Part shown: positions 28,029 to 37,598 of the stretch, piece by piece
How the letters are laid out: every line of letters starts with the position of its first letter
Position numbering within the stretch: position 1 is the stretch's first letter
Assembly: GCF_050013435.1 (NCBI RefSeq)
Contig: NZ_JBEKFG010000004.1
Location: 12,967-76,966, forward strand
DNA: 64,000 nt
From: Candidatus Binatus sp.
GTDB taxonomy: Bacteria > Desulfobacterota > Binatia > Binatales > Binataceae
Direction of reading: 5' to 3'
Notes under the pieces: model-generated
The model's database searches: none
Seen by the model: only the letters and a program-made list of their open reading frames with translations
Told to the model about the DNA's origin: nothing
Translations under genes and position numbers: made by a program

Positions 28029-29102
28029 TCAGGCGGCTTCCTTGCGGTTGCCCGAGTATTCCTTTCTATAGACGCGCAGCAGCGACGCAAACACCGACAT
28101 GATCGCGGGGCCCAGGAACAGGCCGAGCGGACCGTACGCTTCGAGTCCGCCGAGAATCCCGAGAAACAGCGCGATAGTGGGCAGGCCGGTGCCGTGCTTC
28201 ATCGCCAGCGGCTTGATGAAATTGTCGATCACCGCGAGCGCGATCGAACACCAGATGACCAGGCCGACCGCCGCCGACCATCCCGAGGCAAGGCCCAGGT
28301 AGAGTGTGGCGGGAATCCATACCAACGCGGTGCCGCCGATGGGCATCAGTCCCGCGGCAGCCGAGGCGATCGCAAGGAACAGCCAGTACGGCACGCCGAA
28401 GATCAGCATGCCCACGCCGATCGTCACGCCCTGCAGCACCGCCGACAGCATCAGCCCGCGCATCACCGACGAAAGCGTGGTGCGCAGGGTGTCGAAAATC
28501 GCTTTCTTGTCGTCTTCATGCAGCGGGGTCAGGTCGCGCAGGCCGCGGTAGTAATAGTCGCCGTCGCGCAGCATGTAGAAGAACGCGAGCAGCGCGATAC
28601 CGAAGTCGATGATGAACGAGAGGATGTTTTTCGCGGCCTGGGTCGCATTCCTGGCGACGAAATTGCTGGTCATCTGCGCCGCTTGCAGCGTGAGCTTGGG
28701 CAGCTCCTCGTCGAGCTTGTAACCGCGTTCGCCCATTTTTTTGGAGACCCATGCACCGAGATCGGTGTGGACCGCCCAGTCGTGCAGCTTCGTCACGCCC
28801 CCGCTATTGACCAATTCCGTGGCCTGCGTGTAAAGCGTCTGCGCCTCGACCACGAGGCGGCCCGAGGCCCAGATTGCCGGCAGAATGACGCCAAGCCCGA
28901 CGATAATGCTGATGATCGCCGTCGACAGCGATCGGCGCTTGACGTACTTTTCGACTTCGATCAGCGCGGGATGCGCCATGAATGCGAGCAGGATTCCCCA
29001 CACCAGCGGGGTCAGGAACGGCAACAGCAGTTCGTACAGCTCGTAGGCCATCACGGCCAGAAAGCCGAAGAAGAAAAGCTGCACTATGCGTTCGCGTTCC
29101 AT
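28029..29102 (-). CDS. AI-2E family transporter (PerM/UPF0118)
   Basis: 8-TM protein with length and pattern typical of the family (LLPFLTPLVWGILLAFMAHP, GGLEAYGPLGLFLGP). Confidence 0.75.
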   Translation of the reverse strand: MERERIVQLFFFGFLAVMAYELYELLLPFLTPLVWGILLAFMAHPALIEVEKYVKRRSLSTAIISIIVGLGVILPAIWASGRLVVEAQTLYTQATELVNSGGVTKLHDWAVHTDLGAWVSKKMGERGYKLDEELPKLTLQAAQMTSNFVARNATQAAKNILSFIIDFGIALLAFFYMLRDGDYYYRGLRDLTPLHEDDKKAIFDTLRTTLSSVMRGLMLSAVLQGVTIGVGMLIFGVPYWLFLAIASAAAGLMPIGGTALVWIPATLYLGLASGWSAAVGLVIWCSIALAVIDNFIKPLAMKHGTGLPTIALFLGILGGLEAYGPLGLFLGPAIMSVFASLLRVYRKEYSGNRKEAA

Positions 29103-29290
29103 TCTCGTGGCCGTGGCGTCGATCCGTCGGGATGCGATACTCGGCGCGAAATGCTAGCAGATGCCGCCGCTATCGTCGCCTGCCGCGGGACGGTGAATCG
29201 GGACGCGCGGTTTTTCGGTTGCCCGCGAGCGCAAGATCGGTTACCGTCAGCGTTTGCTTGATGTATCTACTCAACACGCCTCGCCCGTGA

Positions 29291-29365
29291 AGGCACGTAG
29301 CTCAGTGGGAGAGCGCTTCCTTGACACGGAAGAGGTCGGCGGTTCAATCCCGCCCGTGCCTACCA
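29291..29365 (+). tRNA. tRNA-Val (anticodon GAC)
   Basis: Cloverleaf: acceptor AGGCACG/CGTGCCT. D arm GCTC-AGTGGGA-GAGC. Anticodon arm CTTCC-TTGACAC-GGAAG. T arm GGCGG-TTCAATC-CCGCC. Encoded CCA. Confidence 0.85.
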
Positions 29366-29436
29366 GGTCCGTGCCCACAGCCGCGCGCGCGAATTTCGCC
29401 CCGCCAGTTTCCCGCAATGATTAGAATCTTCGCTTG

Positions 29437-31377
29437 ATGAGTTCCAAAGTAACCGTAACCGTCGGCGGCGAATCCCGCGTCGTGCCGGTTGGCACTATCG
29501 TTCGCGACGTACTGGACGGGATTCCAAGCCGCGAGCTGGTGGCCGCGCGCATCGACGGCAAGGTGGTCGATCTCACGCACAAGCTCGAGCACGACGCGTC
29601 GGTCGAGCCGGTGATTGCGGACTCGCCCGAGGGTCTCGAGACAATCCGTCATTCTACGGCGCATCTGATGGCGATGGCGGTGCAATCGCTGTATCCCGGG
29701 ACGCAGGTGACGATCGGCCCGGTTATCGAGGACGGCTTTTTCTACGACTTCGCGCCCGCCGCGCCGTTCACGGTCGAGGATCTGCCGAAGATCGAAGCCA
29801 GAATGCGCGAGTTGGTGAAGGCCGACCACAAGATTCAGCGAAGTGAAGTGTCGCGCGAGGACGCGATCCGCAAGTTCTCGGCGATGGGCGAGAAATACAA
29901 GGTCGAGATAATCCAGGGCATCCCCGACGATCACGTATCGATCTACAGCCAGGGCGACTGGTTGGATCTGTGCCGCGGACCGCACGTCCCCTCGACCCGC
30001 TATCTCAAGGCGTTCAAGCTCACCAGCGTGGCGGGCGCGTACTGGCGCGGCGACGAGCACAACGCGATGCTCTCGCGCATCTACGGCACCGCGTTCGCCA
30101 GCAAGGAGGCGCTCGAGGAGCATCTGAAACTCGTCGAGCTCGCCCGCCATCGCGACCATCGCAAGCTGGGCCGCGAGATGGGCCTGTACATTTTCGATCC
30201 GATCTCGCCGGGCTCGCCGTTCTACCTGCCCAAGGGCGTCATCATCTTCAACGCGCTCGTCGACTACATGCGCCGCCTGTACCGGCGCTACGGCTACGAC
30301 GAGGTGGTCACGCCGCTGATTTTCAAGAATGAGCTTTTCAATACGTCGGGGCATTGGGAAAATTTCCGCGAGAATATGTTTCTCTCGCCGGATCCCGACA
30401 GCGCGACGAACACTATCGACACCGGCCCCGAAGGATGGCATCACGGCTACGGGCTCAAGCCCATGAATTGCCCCGGCCATACCTTCGTGTACCGCGCCGA
30501 GAAGCGCTCGTACCGCGATCTTCCGCTGCGCATCGCGGAGTTCAGCCGGCTGCATCGCGCCGAACGCTCGGGCACGCTGCACGGCCTGATGCGGGTGCGC
30601 GCGATGTCGCAGGACGACGCGCACATCTTCTGCCGGGAAGATCAGATCGAGGACGAAATCGGGCTGAATCTGCAGATGGTTCGCGAGGTTTACGCCGCGC
30701 TGGGTTTCGAGCGCGTCGAGTTCAAGCTGGCGACGATGCCCGAGCATCATCTCGGCACCGCGGAGCAATGGCAGATGAGCGAGGCCAAGCTCGGCAACGC
30801 GATGAAGCGCAACGAAATCGCGTACGAGATAAATCCGAAGGAGGGCGCCTTCTACGGCCCCAAGATCGAGATTTACGTTTCCGACGCGCTCAAGCGTAAG
30901 TGGCAGGTGGCGACGATACAGCTCGATCCCAACATGCCCGAGCGCTTCGACCTGACCTACACCAACCGCGCCGGCGCCGAAGAGCGTCCGGTGATGATTC
31001 ATCGCGCGATCCTGGGCTCGCTCGAACGCTTTATCGGCGTGCTGATCGAGCATACCGGCGGCGTGCTGCCGTTGTGGCTCGCGCCGGAGCAGGTGCGGGT
31101 GCTGTCGCTTAGCGAAAAGGTCGAGGACTACGCCAAGGAAGTCACCGGGCTGCTCAGGCGCGAGGGACTGCGCGCCCACAGCGACATCCGCAACGAGAAG
31201 CTCGGTTTCAAGGTTCGCGAGGCCGAACTGGCCAAGGTGCCGTATATGATTGTGGTCGGCGAGCGCGAGGCCGCCGATCGATCGGTGTCGGTGCGGCTGC
31301 TGCGCGGCGAGAAGAGCAATGCGATGCCGCTGGCGGCGCTGGTCGAGCTATTGAAGAAGGAGCCGATCCCGGCTTAG
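29437..31377 (+). CDS. thrS: Threonine--tRNA ligase
   Basis: TGS domain N-terminus. Class II motifs (HRDHRKLGREM, FRAE..RSYRDLP, GLMRVRAMSQDDAHIF). Conserved thrS-infC-rpmI-rplT order. Confidence 0.9.
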   Translation: MSSKVTVTVGGESRVVPVGTIVRDVLDGIPSRELVAARIDGKVVDLTHKLEHDASVEPVIADSPEGLETIRHSTAHLMAMAVQSLYPGTQVTIGPVIEDGFFYDFAPAAPFTVEDLPKIEARMRELVKADHKIQRSEVSREDAIRKFSAMGEKYKVEIIQGIPDDHVSIYSQGDWLDLCRGPHVPSTRYLKAFKLTSVAGAYWRGDEHNAMLSRIYGTAFASKEALEEHLKLVELARHRDHRKLGREMGLYIFDPISPGSPFYLPKGVIIFNALVDYMRRLYRRYGYDEVVTPLIFKNELFNTSGHWENFRENMFLSPDPDSATNTIDTGPEGWHHGYGLKPMNCPGHTFVYRAEKRSYRDLPLRIAEFSRLHRAERSGTLHGLMRVRAMSQDDAHIFCREDQIEDEIGLNLQMVREVYAALGFERVEFKLATMPEHHLGTAEQWQMSEAKLGNAMKRNEIAYEINPKEGAFYGPKIEIYVSDALKRKWQVATIQLDPNMPERFDLTYTNRAGAEERPVMIHRAILGSLERFIGVLIEHTGGVLPLWLAPEQVRVLSLSEKVEDYAKEVTGLLRREGLRAHSDIRNEKLGFKVREAELAKVPYMIVVGEREAADRSVSVRLLRGEKSNAMPLAALVELLKKEPIPA

Positions 31378-31456
31378 GAAGTTCATCCGGCCACCAAGCC
31401 GGAGGAGGTGTCATATCCGAAGAGATTTCAGAACCCCGCCCTCAAGGGAGCCCGCG

Positions 31457-31948
31457 ATTCGCGTCAATAACCTGATTCGCGCTCAAGAAGTCCGTGTAAT
31501 CGACGCCGACGGCAGCCAGGTCGGAATCCTGCCGCTGCGCGAGGCGATCAAAGTGGCGGAGAGCCGCGGCCTGGACCTGGTCGAGGTCTCATCGACAGCG
31601 ACGCCGCCGGTGTGCCGGGTCACCGACTTCGACAAGTACCGGTACTCGCAGAAGAAAAAGACGCACGACTCCAAGAAGCACACCATCAGCATGATCAAGG
31701 AAGTGAAGATGGGGTCGGCGACCGGGCAGCATGATGTGGACTTCAAAGTTAATCACATCAAGCGCTTTATCGGTGAAGGTCATCGTGTTAAGCTCACCGT
31801 TTCGTTCCGCGGCCGCGCGATTACCCATCCGGAACTCGGACGGGCGCTGATCGAGAGAATCATCGCGCAGGTTACGGAAATCGCGCAGGCGGAAGGCACG
31901 CCCCGGATGGAAGGACGCAACATGTCCGTGCTGCTGACGCCGCGATAG
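31457..31948 (+). CDS. infC: Translation initiation factor IF-3, with probable non-AUG (ATT) start
   Basis: IRVNNLIRAQEVRVIDADGSQVGILPLREAIKVAE...PPVCRVTDFDKYRY matches the IF-3 N-domain. There is no in-frame ATG upstream of the domain. ATT at 31457 is preceded by SD AAGGGAG at 6-nt spacing (AUU starts infC in E. coli). Confidence 0.75.
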   Translation: MRVNNLIRAQEVRVIDADGSQVGILPLREAIKVAESRGLDLVEVSSTATPPVCRVTDFDKYRYSQKKKTHDSKKHTISMIKEVKMGSATGQHDVDFKVNHIKRFIGEGHRVKLTVSFRGRAITHPELGRALIERIIAQVTEIAQAEGTPRMEGRNMSVLLTPR

Positions 31949-31983
31949 AAAAAAGTTCAGGAAAGAAGCAAAGCGACCATCGT

Positions 31984-32181
31984 ATGCCGAAAATCAGAAC
32001 CAGCCGTACCGCGGCCAAGCGCTTTTCCGTGACCAAGAGCGGCAAGGTCAAGTTCAAACACGCGTATGCCCGCCATATGTTCTCGGCCAAAAATCCGAAA
32101 CAGAAAGCGCGGCTGCGCAGGACCGGTATCCTGGGCAAGGCCGACGCCGAAAAAATTAAGATAATGATGCCGTACGGTTGA
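31984..32181 (+). CDS. rpmI: 50S ribosomal protein L35
   Basis: MPKIRTSRTAAKRFSVTKSGKVKFKHAY... Confidence 0.9.
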   Translation: MPKIRTSRTAAKRFSVTKSGKVKFKHAYARHMFSAKNPKQKARLRRTGILGKADAEKIKIMMPYG

Positions 32182-32241
32182 GCGCGGCCAACTAAGAATT
32201 AACTTACCCGATATCTACCAAGGAAGGATTTCACCACTCCG

Positions 32242-32607
32242 ATGCCTCGCGCCAAAGGCGGACCCAAGACGCGCCGCCGTCATAAGCGTCAACTCAAGCT
32301 CGCCTCCGGCTTCGTCGGCGGGCGCAAACTTTACCGGCAGGCTCGCTCGACCCTCGAGAAGGGCCTCACCTACGCCTATCGCGATCGCAAGCAGAAAAAG
32401 CGCGATTACCGCACGCTATGGATTGCGCGTATCAATGCGCTGGCGCGCGAAAGCGGAATCTCGTACAGCAGCCTGATGAACGGGCTCAAGAAAGCGGGCG
32501 TCGAGGTCGATCGCAAGATGCTCGCGAAGCTGGCGCAGGAGCGCGACGGATTGTTTACCGAGCTGGTGCGCACCGCCAAGAGCGCGCTCGGCTTGCAAGC
32601 AGCATAG
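32242..32607 (+). CDS. rplT: 50S ribosomal protein L20
   Basis: MPRAKGGPKTRRRHKRQLKLASGFVGGRKLYRQA... Confidence 0.9.
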   Translation: MPRAKGGPKTRRRHKRQLKLASGFVGGRKLYRQARSTLEKGLTYAYRDRKQKKRDYRTLWIARINALARESGISYSSLMNGLKKAGVEVDRKMLAKLAQERDGLFTELVRTAKSALGLQAA

Positions 32608-32751
32608 AGCCGCGCCGTTCCAGGGGCCGCGCACCAGGAAACCATGTGGGTCGTTCGCCCACGTGGTTTTTTGTTTTTGGTTTTTCAGTGGGTGCAATAT
32701 GGCACCACGGATGAATGGCGAGACTGAGCTGGACGGCCGGGGAAGAGCACG

Positions 32752-33798
32752 ATGAGAGAACAACTCGAGGAAATCAGGCGCCGTGCGATGGCGGAACTCG
32801 GCGACGACGCCGGCGAGGCGCAGATCGACGCGGTCCGGGTGCGCGTGCTCGGCCGCTCGGGCGAGCTTACGGAAATCATGCGCGGGATGCGCGAAGTCCC
32901 CAATGCGGAGCGTCCCGCCATCGGCCAGCTCATCAATCAGATCAAGGGCGAAGTCGAAGCGCGCATCGAGGCTCTGAGCGAGAAACTCAAAGCCGCGGCG
33001 CTGAGCAAATCGCTCAATGAAAAACGCCTCGACGTGACGCTGCCCGGGATGCGCATCGCGCGCGGCCATCTCCATCCGATCACCGACATTCTCGAAAAAA
33101 TGCTGCAAATTTTCGAGTCGATGGGCTTCGAAGTCGCGATGACCCAGGATATCGAGGACGACTTCCACAACTTCGCGGCGCTCAACTTCACCCCGCATCA
33201 TCCCGCGCGCGACATGCAAGACACCTTCTACCTCGAGGGCGGGATGCTGCTGCGAACGCATACCTCCAACGGCCAGATCCGCGTGATGGAGAAACGGCGG
33301 CCGCCGCTGGCGGTGGTTTGTCCCGGGCGATGCTATCGGCGCGACGACCTGTCGGTGCGCGCCTCGCCGATGTTCACGCAGATCGAGGGCTTCATGGTCG
33401 ATAAACGCGGGCGCATCACGATGGCGCAACTCAAGGGCGTGCTGACCGAATTCGCGCGCGCGTTCTTCGGCACGACGGCGGTGCGCTTTCGCGCCAGTTA
33501 TTTTCCATTCACCGAGCCGAGCGCCGAACTCGACATGCATTGCATCCTGTGCGACGGCGCCGGATGCCCGGTCTGCAAGCATTCGGGATGGACCGAAGTG
33601 CTCGGCTGCGGAATGATCCACCCCAACGTGATGCGCGCGGTGCAGTACGATCCCGACGAGTACCAGGGCTTCGCCTTCGGCATGGGCGTCGAGCGCACGG
33701 GTCTGCTCAAGCTCGGGGTTGACGACATGCGTCTGTTTTTCGAGAACGACCTGCGCTTTTTGAGCCAGTTCCCGGCGCTGAGCGGAGGTGTGCGATGA
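32752..33798 (+). CDS. pheS: Phenylalanine--tRNA ligase alpha subunit
   Basis: Class II core (FTPHHPARDMQDTFY, RTHTS, GMGVERT). Confidence 0.9.
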   Translation: MREQLEEIRRRAMAELGDDAGEAQIDAVRVRVLGRSGELTEIMRGMREVPNAERPAIGQLINQIKGEVEARIEALSEKLKAAALSKSLNEKRLDVTLPGMRIARGHLHPITDILEKMLQIFESMGFEVAMTQDIEDDFHNFAALNFTPHHPARDMQDTFYLEGGMLLRTHTSNGQIRVMEKRRPPLAVVCPGRCYRRDDLSVRASPMFTQIEGFMVDKRGRITMAQLKGVLTEFARAFFGTTAVRFRASYFPFTEPSAELDMHCILCDGAGCPVCKHSGWTEVLGCGMIHPNVMRAVQYDPDEYQGFAFGMGVERTGLLKLGVDDMRLFFENDLRFLSQFPALSGGVR

Positions 33799-36212
33799 AG
33801 CTTCCGCTCAGTTGGATGCGCGACTTCGTCAGCGTGGACGCGCCGGTCGAGGAAATCTCGCGGCGCCTCAGTTACGCGGGGCTGGTGGTCGAGAATGTCG
33901 AAAAACTCACGCCCGGATTCGCGGGCGTGTTCGCCGCCAGGGTGCTCAACGTCGAAAAGCATCCCAACGCGGACCGGCTGAATCTTTGCGACGTGGACGC
34001 GGGCACCAAAGGCCAATTCAAAGTCGTGTGCGGCGCGCCCAACGTGAAGGCGGGCATGATGGCGCCGCTCGCTCTGGTTGGCGCGCAGCTTGGCAAGCAG
34101 CCGCCGCTGGAGGCAGCCGTCATTCGCGGTGTGCGTTCCGAGGGCATGCTCTGCTCGGAGCGCGAGCTTGGCCTGTCGCTGGATCAGGCTGGAATCCTGA
34201 CGCTCGGCGCCGATGCGCCGCTGGGTGGCGACGTGGCCGCGTATTTGCACCTCGACGATACCGTGCTCGATGTCGAAATCACGCCGAATCGGGGCGATTG
34301 CCTGTCGGTGCTGGGCCTGGCGCGCGAGGTCGCGGCCTTGTTCGCCGCCCGGCTGCGCGCACCACGGCTGCGCGCGGCGCATTCGGCCGGCTCGCCCGAC
34401 GGCGCGCGCTTCACGGTTTCGGTTTCGATCGACGCGCCCGATCTATGCCCTCGTTACGCCGCGCTCGCGATGACCGGAATCAAGATCGGTCCTTCGCCGG
34501 CGTGGCTCAAGCGCCGGCTGGAACTATGCGGGATGCGCGCGCTCAACAACGTCGTCGATGCGACCAACTACGTGATGCTCGAACTCGGCCAGCCCTTGCA
34601 CGCGTTCGACTTCGGCAAAATCGCAGACGGAAAGATCATCGTGCGCCGCGCCGGCGACACGCGCGAGTTCGTCACGCTCGACAACGTCGCGCGCACGCTC
34701 GATCCGAACGATCTGCTGATCGCCGACGGCGACAAGCCGCTGGCAATCGCGGGCGTGATGGGCGGTCTCAACTCCGAGGTCGGCGATCCGACCGGGACTA
34801 TTTTGCTCGAGAGCGCATACTTCGAGCCGATGACCATAGCGCGCACGGCGCGGCGCCTGGGTTTGCGCAGCGAGGCGAGTTACCGCTTCGAACGCGGCGT
34901 CGATCGAGCGGGACAAGTCGGCGCGCTGATTCGCGCCGCCGAATTGATCCGCAGGATCGCGCGCGGACGCGAGGCGTCGCCGATAGCCGACTTCGAGCCG
35001 CGCAAAGCCGAGCCGCGCGAGATTGCGCTCGACCTCGGCGCGATGGAATCGTTGCTGGGCGCCGCGATAGCGCCGACTGTGGCCAGGAGCCGGCTCAAAT
35101 CGCTGGGCGCGCAAGTGAGCACGCGCGCCAAGGGTGTGCTGGCGGTGGTGCCGCCGTCGTTCCGCTCCGACCTGGTCGAGCAGACCGACTTGATCGAGGA
35201 AGTCGCGCGGCTCGGCGGCTTCGAGGACATCCCGGCCCTGCTGCCGCAACGCGTCACCGCGCTGGCTCCCGTCAATCGCGAGCGCGAGTTCTTGAAGGGC
35301 ACGCGCGAAGTGATGCTGGGATGCGGCCTGACCGAAGCCGCCACTATCGCGTTCATCGCGCCCGCCGACAACGCGCGCTTTTCGGGGATTGTGGCCGCCG
35401 CCCGGCCCGTCAAAGTAACCAACCCGCTGTCCGCGGAACTCAGCGAACTGCGGGTGAGCCTGATACCGGGGCTGGTCACCGCGCTCAGGTTCAACTTGAA
35501 CCGCGAGGCCCGCGCCTTTCACGCATTTGAAATGGGCAAGACCTTCCGCATGGACGGCGACGCCGCGACCGAGCAACATCATCTCGCCGCCGTCAGCTAC
35601 GGAGCCTACGCGCTCTCCGCGATCGGCGAGCACAGCGTCGCGGCGGGATTTTTTTCGATCAAGGGAATCCTCGAGACGTACCTGGAAGCGATTGGAATTT
35701 CGCCGCGGGTGGCGTTCAAAGCTCTCGAGAGCGCCGATGCGCCATTCCTGCATCCCGGCCGCAGCGCTATCGTTATGCTCGACGACGCGCCGATCGGTTT
35801 GATTGGCGAGTTGCACCCCGCGGAGGCGATGCGGCTGGACCTCGACGATCCATGCGCGGTCTATGAACTTGACTTGAGTGGGCTCATTGCCTATGGTTTC
35901 TCGCCGCGCAAAACTTTCCAGCCGCCGCCAAAATATCCCGCGATCAGGCGCGATTTGGCGTTGGTGCTGGATCGAAATTTCCCGGCGGATATGGTAATCA
36001 AAGCCATTTGGGAATGCGGCGCATCGCTGCTGGAAAGCGTCGAGGTGTTCGACGTGTACGAGGGCACGGCGGTGGCCGCCGGGAAAAAGAGCGTGGCGTT
36101 GGCTTGTCGTTACCGTGCAAAGGATCGCACGCTGACCGATGAGGAGGTTAACCGCATTCACGCCGTGTTGATCGAGCAGGCGCTGATGCGATTAGGGGCG
36201 GAGTTGCGGTAA
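33795..36212 (+). CDS. pheT: Phenylalanine--tRNA ligase beta subunit
   Basis: ATGA overlap with pheS. tRNA-binding domain N-terminus (MKLPLSWMRDFV). B3/4, B5 and FDX-ACB regions. Confidence 0.9.
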   Translation: MKLPLSWMRDFVSVDAPVEEISRRLSYAGLVVENVEKLTPGFAGVFAARVLNVEKHPNADRLNLCDVDAGTKGQFKVVCGAPNVKAGMMAPLALVGAQLGKQPPLEAAVIRGVRSEGMLCSERELGLSLDQAGILTLGADAPLGGDVAAYLHLDDTVLDVEITPNRGDCLSVLGLAREVAALFAARLRAPRLRAAHSAGSPDGARFTVSVSIDAPDLCPRYAALAMTGIKIGPSPAWLKRRLELCGMRALNNVVDATNYVMLELGQPLHAFDFGKIADGKIIVRRAGDTREFVTLDNVARTLDPNDLLIADGDKPLAIAGVMGGLNSEVGDPTGTILLESAYFEPMTIARTARRLGLRSEASYRFERGVDRAGQVGALIRAAELIRRIARGREASPIADFEPRKAEPREIALDLGAMESLLGAAIAPTVARSRLKSLGAQVSTRAKGVLAVVPPSFRSDLVEQTDLIEEVARLGGFEDIPALLPQRVTALAPVNREREFLKGTREVMLGCGLTEAATIAFIAPADNARFSGIVAAARPVKVTNPLSAELSELRVSLIPGLVTALRFNLNREARAFHAFEMGKTFRMDGDAATEQHHLAAVSYGAYALSAIGEHSVAAGFFSIKGILETYLEAIGISPRVAFKALESADAPFLHPGRSAIVMLDDAPIGLIGELHPAEAMRLDLDDPCAVYELDLSGLIAYGFSPRKTFQPPPKYPAIRRDLALVLDRNFPADMVIKAIWECGASLLESVEVFDVYEGTAVAAGKKSVALACRYRAKDRTLTDEEVNRIHAVLIEQALMRLGAELR

Positions 36213-36259
36213 TTAAGCGTGCCTAACGCGAGCGGGTGGGGATCGTTACGCCGCAGGGC

Positions 36260-36553
36260 ATGACTAAAGCCGATCTTGTAGATCTGATCTACGAGCGGGT
36301 AGGCTCCTCGAAGAAGGAAGCCTGTGAAGTGGTCGAAGCGGTATTTGCGATCATCAGGGATTCATTGCGCCACGGTCAGAAAGTGAAAATTTCCGGCTTC
36401 GGCACCTTTCTCGTCAATCAAAAACATGCGCGCCGCGGGCGCAACCCGCAGACCGGCGAGCCGATTACCATCGACTCCCGCCGCGTCCTCTCCTTCAAGC
36501 CCAGCCAGGTATTGAAGGAGCGGGTTAACAACGGCGCCAAGCCGGCGGTATGA
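36260..36553 (+). CDS. ihfA: Integration host factor alpha subunit (HU/IHF family)
   Basis: MTKADLVDLIYERVG..VKISGFGTFLVNQKHARRGRNPQTGEPITIDSRRVLSFKPS. Immediately downstream of pheT, as in the pheST-himA arrangement. Confidence 0.85.
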   Translation: MTKADLVDLIYERVGSSKKEACEVVEAVFAIIRDSLRHGQKVKISGFGTFLVNQKHARRGRNPQTGEPITIDSRRVLSFKPSQVLKERVNNGAKPAV

Positions 36554-37014
36554 CGCCGATGCCACGCCAGCCGTCAGTTCGCCGGCAAAAATCCAAGCCG
36601 GATGCGCGCGCCACGATGTCCTTGTTCCCCGAGCGCGGGCTGAAGATCGGCGAAGCGGCGCGCGCGCTGGGCGTCGAGACCTACGTGCTGCGTTTTTGGG
36701 AAACCCAGTTCCCATTTCTGAAACCCAGGCACACCCGCACCAAGCATCGCTTCTACAATGAAAAGGACCTCGACGTGCTGCGCCTCATCAAGCGCCTGCT
36801 GCACGACGAAGGCTTCACGATCGTAGGCGCCAACAAGCACATCAAGGAATTCGGCATCGACGCGCTGATGACCGGCAAGCCGATCGCGAAGCCGTCCCCG
36901 GCGTCATCGGAGCGCGCGCCGGCGCGATCTCCCGGAATCGACGGTCAAGCCCGCCGCGTGCTCAATGAGGTCCGCCGCGACCTCGAATCGATCCACAAGA
37001 TTCTGGAAGACTGA
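36550..37014 (+). CDS. MerR-family transcriptional regulator
   Basis: HTH LKIGEAARALGVETYVLRFWETQFPFLKP...FYNEKDLDVLRLIKRLL. 4-nt overlap with ihfA. Confidence 0.75.
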   Translation: MTPMPRQPSVRRQKSKPDARATMSLFPERGLKIGEAARALGVETYVLRFWETQFPFLKPRHTRTKHRFYNEKDLDVLRLIKRLLHDEGFTIVGANKHIKEFGIDALMTGKPIAKPSPASSERAPARSPGIDGQARRVLNEVRRDLESIHKILED

Positions 37015-37016
37015 GT

Positions 37017-37325
37017 CGCGCACTCACCAAGCTAAGGGAGAGCGAAACCCACCGTGGGTTCCGGCAGGGGTGACCCCTGCACCCAATGTTAAGGCCGCGC
37101 TCCGTTGTCGCGCGCGGCCCCTGCACCCGCAGTGAGAAGTCGTGAAAATCTGCGCAGCGCATCTTTTCACGACTACGCACTGGCAGGGGTGAGCAGGGCT
37201 GAGCCCTGCACCCAGTGTTAAGGAGAAGATGCGGCCTGACGGCCTGCTAGGACTTTTTTTGAGTCATCCTGAGCGAAGCGAAGGAACCCGGATCCGGGCT
37301 TCGCCCTGTTAGAAGTGGTTAAGGG
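37017..37325. repeat. Mosaic intergenic repeat (family A) copy, multi-module
   Basis: GAAACCCACCGTGGGTTCC hairpin. GGCAGGGGTGACCCCTGCACCC. GGCTGAGCCCTGCACCCAGTGTTAAGG (shared with 26930..). GAGTCATCCTGAGCGAAGCGAAGGAACCCGGATCCGG (shared with 25690..). Confidence 0.85.
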
Positions 37326-37456
37326 GGAAAAAATAGTCGTCGTTGGCCGTAGTGTTTTCTGTCATCGCGAGCGAAGTCTGCGTAATCGAGGGACCCCGGA
37401 TCTTACCCCGCCCGTTACTTCATGGGAGAGGCGGCCGGCCGTCCGGTAGTCGGCTT

Positions 37457-37528
37457 GATTCCGTGGGAACCTGCCTCCTTCGTTCTCTCACGTCGGGAAC
37501 GCGGGTTCGACTCCGGCTGGGATCACCA
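37457..37528 (+). pseudogene. Degenerate tRNA-like element (possible decayed tRNA-Arg(ACG) or integration-site remnant)
   Basis: Acceptor GATTCCG/TGGGATC (two G-U pairs). T arm GCGGG-TTCGACT-CCGGC (one G-G mismatch). CCA end. Anticodon-like loop TCACGTC. The D loop lacks GG, there is no variable loop, and position 33 is C, so it is not a functional canonical tRNA. Confidence 0.3.
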
Positions 37529-37598
37529 CTAGAATGAATAACTCTCAAAAGAATGTACGTGCAGTAAGTGTTCGATAGCCACGGAGGCTGCGCAGGTA

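Noticed and set aside
28014-29261. 415-aa plus-strand ORF overlapping the AI-2E transporter
   Set aside because: It is an antisense artefact, Arg/His-rich.
29344-31179. 611-aa ORF on the minus strand opposite thrS
   Set aside because: It is fully antisense to a clearly conserved thrS gene. The Arg/Ala-rich composition is typical of high-GC antisense frames. It has no motif content.
34524-36161. 545-aa minus-strand ORF inside pheT
   Set aside because: It is antisense to pheT. High GC suppresses stop codons. It has no recognisable domains.
37340-37530. Considered tmRNA or tRNA-Sec because of GGTTCGACTCC...CCA
   Set aside because: placeholder
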